A stretch of DNA of 64,000 nt from a virus. Below the pieces are notes generated by a model. That model was not told where the DNA came from, did no database searches, and saw nothing but the letters and a program-made list of their open reading frames with translations. Within the stretch, counting starts at the first letter, position 1. Every line of letters begins with the position of its first letter. The position numbers and the translations under genes were made by a program. Below are positions 1 through 9,528 of the stretch, piece by piece. The stretch is taken from positions 152-64,151 of IMG/VR virus record IMGVR_UViG_3300037240_000024. One strand, written 5' to 3'.

Positions 1-226
1 CGTCCCAGACGAGAACGGCGCCAACCCGGACGTCGTATCTCTTATGGAAGAGCTTCTTGGAGACGCACGATCTGGCGCACTAAAAGCTATCGCGCTGTCA
101 GCAATTTACGGCAACGATGACATTTGCACGCGCTCAGCCGCAGACACCGGCTACAGGCATTCTCTTCTGGCGGGGACGGTCTATCTTCAGATAGACCTCG
201 CGGCGGAGAGTAAGGAGATCAAGTGA
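1..226 (+). CDS. hypothetical protein, 5' end runs off the window edge
   Basis: Frame of ORF 44..226 is open back to position 2; ends overlapping the next gene (GTGA). Confidence 0.6.
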   Translation, partial: VPDENGANPDVVSLMEELLGDARSGALKAIALSAIYGNDDICTRSAADTGYRHSLLAGTVYLQIDLAAESKEIK

Positions 227-612
227 TGGCGAAGCACCCCGAGTTCAAAGCGCCGCAGGGCGTTCACGTCAAGACGCCCGACGTCGGGTTGTTCGGCGAA
301 GAGCCGGCGACGGATGAGAGTCCGGCGATCGTCGAACCTCCTTCGACGTCGGTCGAGTGGCTGGAAGTGCCCGACTTCTGTAAAATGCGAGGAAGACCCT
401 ACCCGTTCACCGGGGAGCCGGTCTGGTTGACGCCGGACGGCGCGACGGAATATATCGCGGTGTGGCGCGTGACGCGCGAATATCGCTCCGGGCGTTTCCA
501 GCCGGTCGGTTTCTGGGCGGTTCGCAATGGCGGCGGCCAGAAGATCGACTTTGAGCCGCTCGGCTATCGTCGGTTCGAGGAACCGATTTTCGTTCCGAAG
601 AAACGCGCATGA
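223..612 (+). CDS. hypothetical phage protein
   Basis: 129-aa ORF, RBS GGAG upstream, ATGA overlap with next gene. Confidence 0.7.
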   Translation: MMAKHPEFKAPQGVHVKTPDVGLFGEEPATDESPAIVEPPSTSVEWLEVPDFCKMRGRPYPFTGEPVWLTPDGATEYIAVWRVTREYRSGRFQPVGFWAVRNGGGQKIDFEPLGYRRFEEPIFVPKKRA

Positions 613-1205
613 GTGACGAACCGCAAGTCATCGAAGCGACATGGACCGAGGAGGGTTTCATGCAACCGTCCCGCAAACGCATCACTTTCCAGTGTCCAAT
701 CTGCGAACACATTTGGGCGCAGACCTTCAAGGCCGAGCCGCTCAAAGACCCGCCGTGTCCGAACAAATACTGTGCGGATCGCCGAGCGCTGGTCGATCTC
801 CAGAAGCAGGTCGCCAACCTGACGGCGATGCTGACGTCCGGGCAGGCGCCGGCGCAGATCGGCAACAACATCAAGGTGCAGGCGGTGGACAGGACCGCCG
901 AGATCGTCATGCAGGACCACAAGCTGACGGACCTGCGCGACGGCATTCGGCAGGGCGAGAGCATGGCGCCGAAGCTGCCGGTCCCGATGCAGAACGCCGC
1001 CGATAATTTCTTCTCGGGTGGCGCGGCTGCGCTCGGCACGGGTCAGTCGACGACGCGGTTGCAGAAGCGGATGCAGGCGCTCGGCCAGCGCGCCATCGCA
1101 GGCGGGATGCGTGATATGTCGATTGCACCGAACCAGGTGCTGCCGAAGCAGCGGCCAGCGACGATCCAGGTCGCGAACGACGCCTATCGTGGGAAACGGA
1201 ACTAG
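609..1205 (+). CDS. Zn-ribbon-containing hypothetical protein
   Basis: CPIC...CPNKYC four-Cys motif followed by a coiled coil; lies between terminase and portal. Confidence 0.7.
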   Translation: MSDEPQVIEATWTEEGFMQPSRKRITFQCPICEHIWAQTFKAEPLKDPPCPNKYCADRRALVDLQKQVANLTAMLTSGQAPAQIGNNIKVQAVDRTAEIVMQDHKLTDLRDGIRQGESMAPKLPVPMQNAADNFFSGGAAALGTGQSTTRLQKRMQALGQRAIAGGMRDMSIAPNQVLPKQRPATIQVANDAYRGKRN

Positions 1206-1206
1206 G

Positions 1207-2979
1207 TCACTTCTTCCCGCCGTGAGCCTGAAGCTTAGCCTGCTCGGCCGCTTGCTGCGCCTTGGCCTTCGCGATGTCGCGCCGCGTGACACCCATCTGG
1301 AGCGCCTCGGGATCGGTGACGTCGAGTTCGTCGAGCGCATCGGCCGGCGACATGCCGCCGATCTTGACCAAGTCGAACACCAGTGACTTGTGGTCCTGCG
1401 CGAAGGCGGGCGACGACGAGTGCGAGTTGACCGTCAGCGTCAGGTCATCGGACAGATCGTCGAATCCGAACAGCACCGGGACCATGCCTTCGGCCGGCGG
1501 CACGGCGAACTTCAGCACCTCTTCGTCGCCTTCGACGCCAGCAGCCGACTTCTCGACCCAGGCGCACATCTTCTTGGCGTCGTGGGCTCGCGACATATCG
1601 AGCATGAAGCCGCCGAACGATTCGACGTCGCGCTGCGTCAGCAGCGCCCGATCCTTGAAGCGTGGCGAGAACATTCGCACCAACGCCTCCGCATGATTGG
1701 CTGAGCGCACACCTTTTTCGCCGTGACCCTTCGCGGTCGGCGGAATCCCCATGAGGTCGTCGAACATCCGCTCGTATTCGTGCAGCGAATTCCAGATGTC
1801 TTGCGGGATCGTGACAAGATCGCGTTCGATCTTGGCTTGCGGAGACGACTCCACGTAGTAGCCCGCCGGCTTGTTGAACCGCGACAGCGCCAGTTGGTTG
1901 ACGCCGGTGCCGCCGATGAACTTGGTTGACGGCTCTTCCTCTTTTCTCAGCATTTTGTTGATGCCGACGATCCGGCTATTGATCGCTTCTTGCAGCATCA
2001 TTAGCCGTGCGATCTCGCTCATTCCCCAGAAGTACCACGGCACCGGGTTCGGGCAGAACGTGTTGAACGGATGTACGCCCTTCAGGTGTGGAGCCGACAT
2101 CTTCTTTTCGGTGTCGTAGGCCAGCGCGTTCTGGAGCGAGTAGCGGCCCATCAGGAAGATGTCGTCGCCGATCGTCGAGAAGGTCGTCCAGTCTTCGCGC
2201 TCGTCGTCCCACACCCACAATTCATCCAAATCCATCAGCGAGTGCTCGACCTCGGGCGACATCTCGGGCCGGGGTGACGACATCCAGTCGACGATGCCGC
2301 GCGTCTGCGAGACGCCGCCACCGGCGGCCTGGAGCGGATAGAGCCCGCCGACGACGATGTTCATCGCCGAGCCGCGCGTGTCGTTCAGCCCGCCGGTCGC
2401 CTCCTTGACGTATTTTTTCGACTTCCGAGCCAGTTCCACCTCATCCGGTCGCCCGGCGATCAGCCGCAGGAACTGGTGCTGCGTGATCTGCGTCGTGTGG
2501 ACGAACGCCTCCATGTCGGGATCGAGCTTCGTGTGGTTTTCGCGATAGACGCCGAACTCCGTCGGCGGCACCAGCGTCGGCAGAAAGGCGCCGCGCTTGT
2601 AGAGCATCTTTATGATGCCGATCCCTTCGACCAGCCCCGAGCACACCGCCTGCGAGATCATGGAGTCGGCGTCGCTCTGCCGGCAGTGCTGCCTGATCCT
2701 GGCCGCCGCCGCGCGACCCTTCGCCTCGTTGACGACGTTCGGAATATCAGGATCTCCGATGTGGAAACGCAGCGACACCGGCGAGTAGAGCAGCGATTCC
2801 AGATCGTCGATTGAGGCGAACGTCTTGTTATACATGGCGGGGTTCGACGGGTCGGAACTCCCTGAAGAATAATAGCTTTGGAACAGTTGGCCCCTGTTTG
2901 CCCGATTGTCCCGCGAGGACAGGCATTGGTTCGTCAAGCCTCGGACGAACTGCTTCAAGTCCTTACGGGGTATTCTCAT
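1207..2979 (-). CDS. portal protein
   Basis: About 590 aa; portal-like segments (WGMSEIARLMMLQEAINSRIVGINKMLRK, YERMFDDLMGIPPTAKG, SANHAEAL); next to head genes. Likely start MRIPRK at 2979. Confidence 0.75.
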   Translation of the reverse strand: MRIPRKDLKQFVRGLTNQCLSSRDNRANRGQLFQSYYSSGSSDPSNPAMYNKTFASIDDLESLLYSPVSLRFHIGDPDIPNVVNEAKGRAAAARIRQHCRQSDADSMISQAVCSGLVEGIGIIKMLYKRGAFLPTLVPPTEFGVYRENHTKLDPDMEAFVHTTQITQHQFLRLIAGRPDEVELARKSKKYVKEATGGLNDTRGSAMNIVVGGLYPLQAAGGGVSQTRGIVDWMSSPRPEMSPEVEHSLMDLDELWVWDDEREDWTTFSTIGDDIFLMGRYSLQNALAYDTEKKMSAPHLKGVHPFNTFCPNPVPWYFWGMSEIARLMMLQEAINSRIVGINKMLRKEEEPSTKFIGGTGVNQLALSRFNKPAGYYVESSPQAKIERDLVTIPQDIWNSLHEYERMFDDLMGIPPTAKGHGEKGVRSANHAEALVRMFSPRFKDRALLTQRDVESFGGFMLDMSRAHDAKKMCAWVEKSAAGVEGDEEVLKFAVPPAEGMVPVLFGFDDLSDDLTLTVNSHSSSPAFAQDHKSLVFDLVKIGGMSPADALDELDVTDPEALQMGVTRRDIAKAKAQQAAEQAKLQAHGGKK

Positions 2980-3038
2980 GTCATCCGATCCTATCGAATG
3001 GTTTAGACAGGCGAACGAGCATGTCATCCGATCCTATC
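2977..3038. repeat. 19-bp direct repeat CATGTCATCCGATCCTATC (2977-2995, 3020-3038)
   Basis: Exact copies read from sequence; the first overlaps the portal start codon. Confidence 0.9.
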
Positions 3039-3072
3039 ATATGCTGATCGTTGGGCTTTTTCAAACCCTATA

Positions 3073-3102
3073 TTGACACGTTGTTCTTTTCCAGCGTATT
3101 CG
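3073..3102 (+). promoter_or_regulatory. putative sigma70-like promoter for the head operon
   Basis: TTGACA at 3073-3078; weak -10 (TATTCG) 18 bp downstream. Confidence 0.4.
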
Positions 3103-3155
3103 TAGAAACGTAGGGTTGAGACTAGACTCACCTTCTTCGGAAAAGGAGACTTCCT

Positions 3156-3203
3156 ATGGTTGCTCGTCAGCGCCGCCACAAGGGCCGTAAGGGCCGCAAG
3201 TAA
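3156..3203 (+). CDS. 15-aa Arg/Lys-rich peptide MVARQRRHKGRKGRK
   Basis: Strong RBS AAAAGGAGA 5-6 nt upstream; followed by a terminator; too short for the ORF track. Confidence 0.65.
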   Translation: MVARQRRHKGRKGRK

Positions 3204-3219
3204 GACTTCGGTCTGGAGG

Positions 3220-3246
3220 CCGGGAGCCTTCGGGCTTCCGGTTTTT
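3220..3246 (+). terminator. intrinsic terminator with cUUCGg tetraloop
   Basis: CCGGGAGCC-TTCG-GGCTTCCGG-TTTTT. Confidence 0.8.
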
Positions 3247-3257
3247 CACAAAGGATT

Positions 3258-3665
3258 TTGATGCCGCTTCCGATGCCAGCACCTGGCGGTCAAGGCGCTC
3301 CCCCACCTCCGGGTGGCGGCGGAACCGGACCCGTAACGGCTGGCGGGCCTCTCGCCGGTTCGGCGTCGCAAGGCATGGCGAAGGTGAAGCTGGGACTTGA
3401 GGCGCTTCAGGCGGCTCTCCCGATGATCCCGATGGGGTCGGAACTTCACACCGATCTGATGAAGGCCGTCTCGTCCATCACGAAGCACCTTGGCGATAAG
3501 GGCGGCGAAGGTGGCGGCGGCCAGCAGATTCAGCAGCTTCTCGAAATGCTGCGGAATGCGAAGATGCAAGGCGCTCCCCCGCAAGCCGGCATGATGCCCG
3601 GCGGCGGAGCGGGCGGCGCTCCACCCCCTCCTGGCGCAGGCGCTCCGCCTCCGCCGGCTATGTAG
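3258..3665 (+). CDS. Pro/Gly-rich head-module protein
   Basis: Poly-Pro/Gly termini around a helical core; lies before scaffold and capsid genes. Confidence 0.7.
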   Translation: MMPLPMPAPGGQGAPPPPGGGGTGPVTAGGPLAGSASQGMAKVKLGLEALQAALPMIPMGSELHTDLMKAVSSITKHLGDKGGEGGGGQQIQQLLEMLRNAKMQGAPPQAGMMPGGGAGGAPPPPGAGAPPPPAM

Positions 3666-3674
3666 GAGATCAAG

Positions 3675-3860
3675 ATGTCCAGTCGTTTTCCCAAGGCGTA
3701 CACCGCTGAGGTCAAGAAAGACGAATCGATGATGGTCTACACGACCTTCCCGACGATGGGCATCGGCGCGCGCCCGAGCGGCTTGCCCAAGACCGTCAGC
3801 GACGGCCCGAAAAATATCGAGCACGTCGGCAAGTCCGCTTCCGGCACGGGGAGCAAGTAA
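3675..3860 (+). CDS. small head-module hypothetical protein
   Basis: 61 aa, RBS AGGAG. Confidence 0.65.
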   Translation: MSSRFPKAYTAEVKKDESMMVYTTFPTMGIGARPSGLPKTVSDGPKNIEHVGKSASGTGSK

Positions 3861-3863
3861 ACC

Positions 3864-4439
3864 GTGGCCGAGGCGACAGAAGCTCAGATCCGCGCGCTCG
3901 CGATTCTTGAGGAATCGTGGAACGATCCCGAGTTCGGGACTGCGCTTCAGAAGAAGGTCAAGGCGAAGTTCCCTGACGCCAAGACGAACGAAGACGTCTT
4001 CGCCCCGGTTATCAATCCGCTGCGTGCCGAGAACGCCGCGCTGGCGAAGAAGCTGGAAAAGATCGAGGAAGAGCGTGCCGCCGAGCGCAAGGAGCGCGAA
4101 GAGACGAGCATGAAGCGCTCGCTCGACGAGGCTCTGACCTCCGCGCGCAAGAACTACAATCTGACCGAAGAGGGCTTTGACAAGATGGTCGCCCGCATGA
4201 AGGAAACGGGCAACTATTCCGACGCCGACGCCGCCGCCGCGTGGGTCGCCAGCAAGACGCCGCCCGCGCCGGTCGCCGGGCCTTCGTGGAAGCCGCAGTC
4301 GATGAATCTATTCGGCGCCAAGAAGTTCGACGAGGCCTTTGCCGAACTTCATCGCGATCCGCAGGAATATATGGACAACCAGCTTTCAATTTTCGCATCA
4401 GACCCGGACGCTTACGTCGCTGAAACCTTCGGTCGCTGA
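3864..4439 (+). CDS. putative capsid scaffolding protein
   Basis: Charged coiled coil (LAKKLEKIEEERAAERKERE); immediately upstream of MCP. Confidence 0.55.
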   Translation: MAEATEAQIRALAILEESWNDPEFGTALQKKVKAKFPDAKTNEDVFAPVINPLRAENAALAKKLEKIEEERAAERKEREETSMKRSLDEALTSARKNYNLTEEGFDKMVARMKETGNYSDADAAAAWVASKTPPAPVAGPSWKPQSMNLFGAKKFDEAFAELHRDPQEYMDNQLSIFASDPDAYVAETFGR

Positions 4440-4468
4440 GCGCGAACCATGATTAACGGAGCCGTTTG

Positions 4469-5539
4469 ATGGCCTATCCTACCAGCCCGGTTTCGACATT
4501 GACGGGAAGCGGAATCACGCCCGGAGGCGCTCTCGGCGCCCAACTTGCGGCGATCACCCGGCGCGCTTTTTTGCCCTCACTTTTCGTTCAAATTTACCAG
4601 TCGCACCCTCTTTTGTCGCTCTTCATGAGTCAGTCCAAGGCGGCCCGAGGCGGCGTCTCCCAGATCACCGTCCCGGTGCAGGGCTCCAGCTTCGTGGCCT
4701 TCAATTGGGGCTCGTTCACCGGCGACTTTCCGATGCCGACCGATCAGACGGCCATTCAGAACGCTCAGTTCAGCCTCAAGCTCGGCATGGTTCCGATCGG
4801 CTTCTTCGGCATGGAGGCGATTATCCAGTCCTCCGAGGTGGTGATCCCGAAGCTGCGGGCCGTCATGTCCGATGCCGCCGTGGTCATCAAGCAGGCTTTC
4901 GCGCAGTCGCTCTACGCCAATAACGTCGCCAACCCGCAGGCGTGGGATTCGCTGTCGATGGCTTACGACGACGGCACGAACGTCCCGTCCTACGGCGGAA
5001 TCACCAGGACGCCCGGCAGCTTCTGGTCCGGCCAGCTTATCAACAACACCGGCGCGGCGGCGGTCACGCGCGTCGGCATGGCGCAGATCCTGACACGCAT
5101 CCAGGCCGGCGCCGGCGGCGAGGCTCCCGACTATGTCGTGATGAACCCCGCCAACTGGGCGGAACTGATGAGCGATTTCCAGTCGCTCGAAATGTTCATG
5201 ACGCGGCCGAACTCGATCTACAACAAGGACGACGTCGTCAACACGGGCTTCCGCGCCATCCGCGTGCTCGACACACCGATCTTCCCCGACCCGTTCTGCC
5301 CGCTGGGCCAGGCGTTCGCCATCAACAGCCGTTACACCGGCCTCTACATGAGCGAATACGCGCCGATGACCTTCTCCGGCTTCGAGAGCCAGATCGCCGT
5401 CGGCCAGCTCAGCGACGTCGGCGTGCTGATCTCCGCCGCCGATCTCGTCTGCGCCAAGCCTTCGAGCGGCGCGCAGATCACGAACATCACCGGGGCCGCG
5501 TGGCCCAACGTTCCGGGGACTCAACCGGCGGTCCTTTAA
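4469..5539 (+). CDS. major capsid protein
   Basis: About 356 aa; TRRAFLPSLFVQIY...GGVSQITVPVQG...LKLGMVPIGFFGME, recalled as the Bcep22-like MCP family; syntenic position. Confidence 0.8.
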   Translation: MAYPTSPVSTLTGSGITPGGALGAQLAAITRRAFLPSLFVQIYQSHPLLSLFMSQSKAARGGVSQITVPVQGSSFVAFNWGSFTGDFPMPTDQTAIQNAQFSLKLGMVPIGFFGMEAIIQSSEVVIPKLRAVMSDAAVVIKQAFAQSLYANNVANPQAWDSLSMAYDDGTNVPSYGGITRTPGSFWSGQLINNTGAAAVTRVGMAQILTRIQAGAGGEAPDYVVMNPANWAELMSDFQSLEMFMTRPNSIYNKDDVVNTGFRAIRVLDTPIFPDPFCPLGQAFAINSRYTGLYMSEYAPMTFSGFESQIAVGQLSDVGVLISAADLVCAKPSSGAQITNITGAAWPNVPGTQPAVL

Positions 5540-5551
5540 GGAGAATTCGAC

Positions 5552-6658
5552 ATGGCTGGTCTCAGCGGTTTCAGCGGCGTCGGTGTCGCCCTCACTCTCA
5601 AGGGTACACCGAACAACTTCATCGATCTGCCGCCCGGTCAGGTGCAGATGCTGTCGCCGGCCGGCGCGTATATGGTGCGTTGCGGTCTCTACTCTTCGAT
5701 TCAGCAGCTCGACCCGATCAGCGGCATCTGGCGCACGGTCGGCGGCGGCGTGAACGGCGGCGGCGCTGAATTCGTCATGTCGGACGGCGTCAACTATCGC
5801 GTCGCGAACCAGACGGGTTGCGCGGTCGGCGCTCTGCTCACCACGGCGGGTTCGGCCTACACCACTGCGCCGACGGTCACGGCCAGCGCGGGCGGCTCGA
5901 TCTGGAAGGCTTTTGTCGGCGGCGCGGTTTCGACGACCGTCACGATCTCCAACGCCGGCACGGGCTACACCTACCCGCCGATTGTCCAGTTCTCCGCCCC
6001 GGCGGCCGGCACGGGCATCCAGGCGACGGGCTACGCGACACTTTCGGGCTCGACGGTCGCTTCGGTTGTTGTCGTCGATCAGGGCGCCGGCTACGTCACG
6101 GCGCCGACGATCACGATCGTTCCCGATCCGCGCGAAGGCGTCAACGCCGTCTCGCAGGGCTACAACGCGACGGCGGTCTGCGTGCTCACGGGTTCCGGCA
6201 CGATCACGGGTCTCGTCTGCCTCGATCACGGCACGACGCTCACCGCCGTCCCGACGCTGTCCTTCTCGTCCGGCTCGGGCGCTGCGACGGCGATCATGTG
6301 CTGGTCGATCACGGCATTCGCGGTCGGCACGGCCGGCGCGGGTCTGTCCGGCGCCAACGCGGTCATCACCGCGATCGACATCCCGAGCACCACGGCGGCA
6401 GCCTATCTCAATCCGTCGACCCAGTACGGCACGGCGTCCTACAACTGGGGCCTCGTGCGCCAGCGCCCGGCCTATATCGTCGGCACCGTCACGGCCAACG
6501 CGATCACCGTGACCACACCGCGATATATCGACGGCGGCATCTATACGACCGCGCCGGTCGCGATTGTGCTCGCCAACGGTTCGGTCGTCACTACGGCTCC
6601 GGTCGTCACCGTTTCGATGGGCGGCCTGAACGATCGCGCCTACGTGATGCAGCTCTGA
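5552..6658 (+). CDS. virion structural protein (decoration/fibre-like) with GxGYTxxPTV repeats
   Basis: Thr/Gly/Ala-rich beta repeats; paralog of next gene. Confidence 0.7.
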   Translation: MAGLSGFSGVGVALTLKGTPNNFIDLPPGQVQMLSPAGAYMVRCGLYSSIQQLDPISGIWRTVGGGVNGGGAEFVMSDGVNYRVANQTGCAVGALLTTAGSAYTTAPTVTASAGGSIWKAFVGGAVSTTVTISNAGTGYTYPPIVQFSAPAAGTGIQATGYATLSGSTVASVVVVDQGAGYVTAPTITIVPDPREGVNAVSQGYNATAVCVLTGSGTITGLVCLDHGTTLTAVPTLSFSSGSGAATAIMCWSITAFAVGTAGAGLSGANAVITAIDIPSTTAAAYLNPSTQYGTASYNWGLVRQRPAYIVGTVTANAITVTTPRYIDGGIYTTAPVAIVLANGSVVTTAPVVTVSMGGLNDRAYVMQL

Positions 6659-6670
6659 TCGGAGACGACG

Positions 6671-7753
6671 ATGCCGCTCTGGAACACCCGTAGCGCGGGT
6701 TCGCTGTCGGCGACAGCGAACCGCGTCACTCTCGCGCCGGGAGAGACGATGCTGCTCGGCCCCCAGGATGCCGTCTATCAGGTTCATCCAGGTTACTATT
6801 CTTGTGTTCAGTATTTCGACCCCGTCATGCAAGCGTGGACAAAAATTGGCGGCGGTTACGGAAATATTGGCGGCACACAACTGGTTTTCTCGGACGGCGT
6901 CAATTATCGGATCGCCAATCAGACTGGTGCGGCGGTGGGCGCGCTTCTGACCAACGGCGGCACGGGCTACACGTCCCCTCCGACGGTCACGGCTTCGGCG
7001 GGCGGTTCGATCTGGCGAGCGGTTATCGGCGGTGCGGTCTCGACTTCCGTCACGGTTACGAACGCCGGCCTCTCCTACACCTACCCGCCGATGGTGTTGT
7101 TCTCAGCCCCAGCTTTCGGCGGCGTGCAGGCGACGGGCTATGCCACGCTTTCGAGCAACACGGTGTCGACCGTCACGGTCACGAATCAGGGCGCCGGCTA
7201 TTCGCAGCCTCCGACCATCACGTTCGTCAACGACCCTCGCGAGGGTCTGAACAGCATCGCCTACGGCTATAATGCAGCGGCGGTCGCGACGACGACTGGG
7301 GCCGGCACGGTGACGGCGGTTCTTTGCGTCGACCACGGGCAGGGCGGTTTGACGACGCTTCCGACTCTGGCGTTTGCGGGTGGCGGCGGTTCGAGCGCAG
7401 CGGCGACGACGATCATGTGCTGGAGCATCACGGCCTATGCGGTGACGACGGCCGGCACGGGCTGGACGACCGCGCCGTATATCACGGCCTATGACAATTT
7501 TCCCTCGACCGCGCCGGCCTACACAAACTCGTCCACTCAGTCGGGCCTCGTCGCTACGGCGCCAGCACAGATTATCGGCGCTGTGACGGCGGGCGGCATC
7601 ACGGCAACGGGCCAGAATGTTCTCTTCGGTGGCATCTACACCTCGACGCCGACGATCGTCATGCAGACCTCCGGCATTTTGATTACCGCGACCGCCGCGC
7701 TTACCGCGACGATGGGCGGTCAGAACGCCTCGGTCTACATCCAGCAGATCTGA
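6671..7753 (+). CDS. virion structural protein, tandem paralog of 5552..6658
   Basis: Shared SDGVNYR(V/I)ANQTG.AVGALLT...PTVTASAGGSIW. Confidence 0.7.
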   Translation: MPLWNTRSAGSLSATANRVTLAPGETMLLGPQDAVYQVHPGYYSCVQYFDPVMQAWTKIGGGYGNIGGTQLVFSDGVNYRIANQTGAAVGALLTNGGTGYTSPPTVTASAGGSIWRAVIGGAVSTSVTVTNAGLSYTYPPMVLFSAPAFGGVQATGYATLSSNTVSTVTVTNQGAGYSQPPTITFVNDPREGLNSIAYGYNAAAVATTTGAGTVTAVLCVDHGQGGLTTLPTLAFAGGGGSSAAATTIMCWSITAYAVTTAGTGWTTAPYITAYDNFPSTAPAYTNSSTQSGLVATAPAQIIGAVTAGGITATGQNVLFGGIYTSTPTIVMQTSGILITATAALTATMGGQNASVYIQQI

Positions 7754-7778
7754 TCGTATTCTGCGCCTGCGAGTGACG

Positions 7779-7806
7779 CCCGCGCCTATCTGGGCGTGGG
7801 TTTTTC
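7779..7806 (+). terminator. intrinsic terminator
   Basis: CCCGCGCC-TATCTG-GGCGTGGG followed by a T run. Confidence 0.7.
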
Positions 7807-7821
7807 GTATAGGACAGGGTC

Positions 7822-8679
7822 ATGGCTCTTGCGGAATATGTCAACGACTCCTCGATTCTGCTGAACGACCCTAATTTTTCGTTCACGTCGAAGAACCAAC
7901 TTCTCAGATGGATCAACACCGGGCGTGACGAACTCGTCATGCGGACAGGCTGCATCCGCCGGCTCATCACCGGCCAGTCGGCGTTTGGCGCTTCGGCGCA
8001 GCCAGGTTTCGCTATCCCCGGTGGGATGCAGCCTGGGGCCATACCCGACGCCGTTGACAACCAAGGCGCTGCCGGCGGGGCTTTCAGCGACGCCTACAGT
8101 AACGCCTATGCGCAGGCCGGCGGCGCGGCGTCTGGGGCCACAGTCACACTCAATATGCAGACGATCGCAGGTCTCGAACGCTACCCTTACGTCGGGTTTT
8201 TCAACCCCGTGCTTCAGGCGCAGCACGCCGGCTGCGATCGTGTGATCGACACGATAGCGCTCAGCGTGAACTGGGGTGGCGTCAACCGACCGACGCTCGA
8301 CTGGATGCCATGGGATGAATTTCAGGCGTATTGCCGTGCTTACGCGGTGCTCAACACGTCTTTCCCGAGCGTCTGGAGCGTGTTCGGCGACGGCTCGCTT
8401 GGCGAACTGTGGATGTTTCCGATCCCGAGCCAAGCCGGTGACATCGAGGCCGACGTGTTCGCACTACCGAAACCGATCTATGAGAATGATGATTTCGAGG
8501 CGATCCCGCGCGAATTCCGCAAAGGCGTGAAGTTCGTCGCTGCCAAGATGGCGTTTATGTCGTCAGGTCGCTATGCGCAGGCGCAGGAGATGGAGCAGGC
8601 GTTCGCCAGTTCGCTCGGGATCGCGCGCGTCAGTGTGGATCGCGGTAAGACGAAGTCCTACTATCCGACCTTCCCGTAG
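7822..8679 (+). CDS. head-tail adaptor-like protein
   Basis: N-terminal MALAEYVND...LLRWINTGRDEL and C-terminal ...WMFPIP...AIPREFRKGVKFVAAKMAF pattern of head completion proteins. Confidence 0.55.
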   Translation: MALAEYVNDSSILLNDPNFSFTSKNQLLRWINTGRDELVMRTGCIRRLITGQSAFGASAQPGFAIPGGMQPGAIPDAVDNQGAAGGAFSDAYSNAYAQAGGAASGATVTLNMQTIAGLERYPYVGFFNPVLQAQHAGCDRVIDTIALSVNWGGVNRPTLDWMPWDEFQAYCRAYAVLNTSFPSVWSVFGDGSLGELWMFPIPSQAGDIEADVFALPKPIYENDDFEAIPREFRKGVKFVAAKMAFMSSGRYAQAQEMEQAFASSLGIARVSVDRGKTKSYYPTFP

Positions 8680-8686
8680 GTGACGC

Positions 8687-8977
8687 ATGGCTCGCCCGCT
8701 CCACGATGAAATCTGGTCGACGCTCTCCTCGGCGCGCAACATGCTGTCGGGCGTCGATACGTCTCGCCCGTCAATCAACGTCTCGACGCATCAACTGAAG
8801 CTGATCTTGGAGACGTTCATCGCTGTCGCGGATCGGAATGCCAAGGGCGCCGACATCTTCGCCAAGAGCGTCGAGAGCCGCATCGAATCTATCGGCAAGG
8901 CGCAGGCCGAGCATCACGGTGCGTTCGCCAAAGAGCAGGAATACGTCGCCAACAAGATAGCGGCTGAGAACGCCTGA
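8687..8977 (+). CDS. hypothetical protein
   Basis: 96-aa ORF in the operon. Confidence 0.6.
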   Translation: MARPLHDEIWSTLSSARNMLSGVDTSRPSINVSTHQLKLILETFIAVADRNAKGADIFAKSVESRIESIGKAQAEHHGAFAKEQEYVANKIAAENA

Positions 8978-9528
8978 TGGCGAGCCTGTCGAACCCGATG
9001 GCCTATCCGCCGCCTTGGGCCGCTCCGCCTCAACCGGCAGCGACCTCTCAAGCGCCCGTTGTCGCACCGACAGCGGCTGCGCCGACTGCACCCGCTCAAG
9101 CTGCTCCGACGGCGCAAGCTCCGGTCGATCCGGCGCAGCAGGCTTTTCAGCGTAATAGCGCTTGGTTGAAGCCCGGTGAGAACAGTTACAATACGCAGTT
9201 AGACCCGTCGCAAGAATTGGCTTTTCGCGCTTGGGTTCAGAAGAACAAAGTACCTTTTGATTTTCAGCAGAAGCTAAACGACTACGACATGCGAGGGTTC
9301 TACAAAGCGATGGCGTCTGGCGACCCCAGAGCGAAAAATGCCGTGAACCCTAATGATGGTCGGCTGCACTACCCTGACTATTGGAAGACTCCGTACCATA
9401 ACTCGTTCTCCAATGAGAGTCAGTGGGCCGACCCCGCGAAGGCGCCGAGTTGGAATGAGAAGGACCAGTTGGTTCTTCCCGACGGAACTGTTGTGTTCGA
9501 TGAACGCGCTCAAAAAGGAGCGCAGTAA
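8977..9528 (+). CDS. hypothetical virion-associated protein
   Basis: Pro/Ala linker plus NTQL...ELAFRAW...DYDMRGFYK...HYPDYWKTPYH.SFS.ES motif, seen recurrently in phage virion proteins (from memory). Confidence 0.6.
   Translation: MASLSNPMAYPPPWAAPPQPAATSQAPVVAPTAAAPTAPAQAAPTAQAPVDPAQQAFQRNSAWLKPGENSYNTQLDPSQELAFRAWVQKNKVPFDFQQKLNDYDMRGFYKAMASGDPRAKNAVNPNDGRLHYPDYWKTPYHNSFSNESQWADPAKAPSWNEKDQLVLPDGTVVFDERAQKGAQ

Noticed and set aside
1195-3145. Portal as an invertible segment flipped by the serine recombinase
   Set aside because: No inverted repeats at its ends; only a weak direct similarity (ACTAG.TCAC.TTCTTC at about 1201 and 3121) and a 7-bp TTTAGAC at 3002
5165-5192. CTGATGA...GAAA hammerhead-like string inside the MCP gene
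   Set aside because: The stem uses the core GA bases and leaves extra nucleotides before GAAA; no stem III/NUH or stem I; explained by coding sequence
4577-6880. Long antisense ORFs (also 15023..16366, 17098..18483, 61480..62655, 11418..12443)
   Set aside because: Shadows of GC-rich sense genes with biased codon use; no RBS or recognisable motifs
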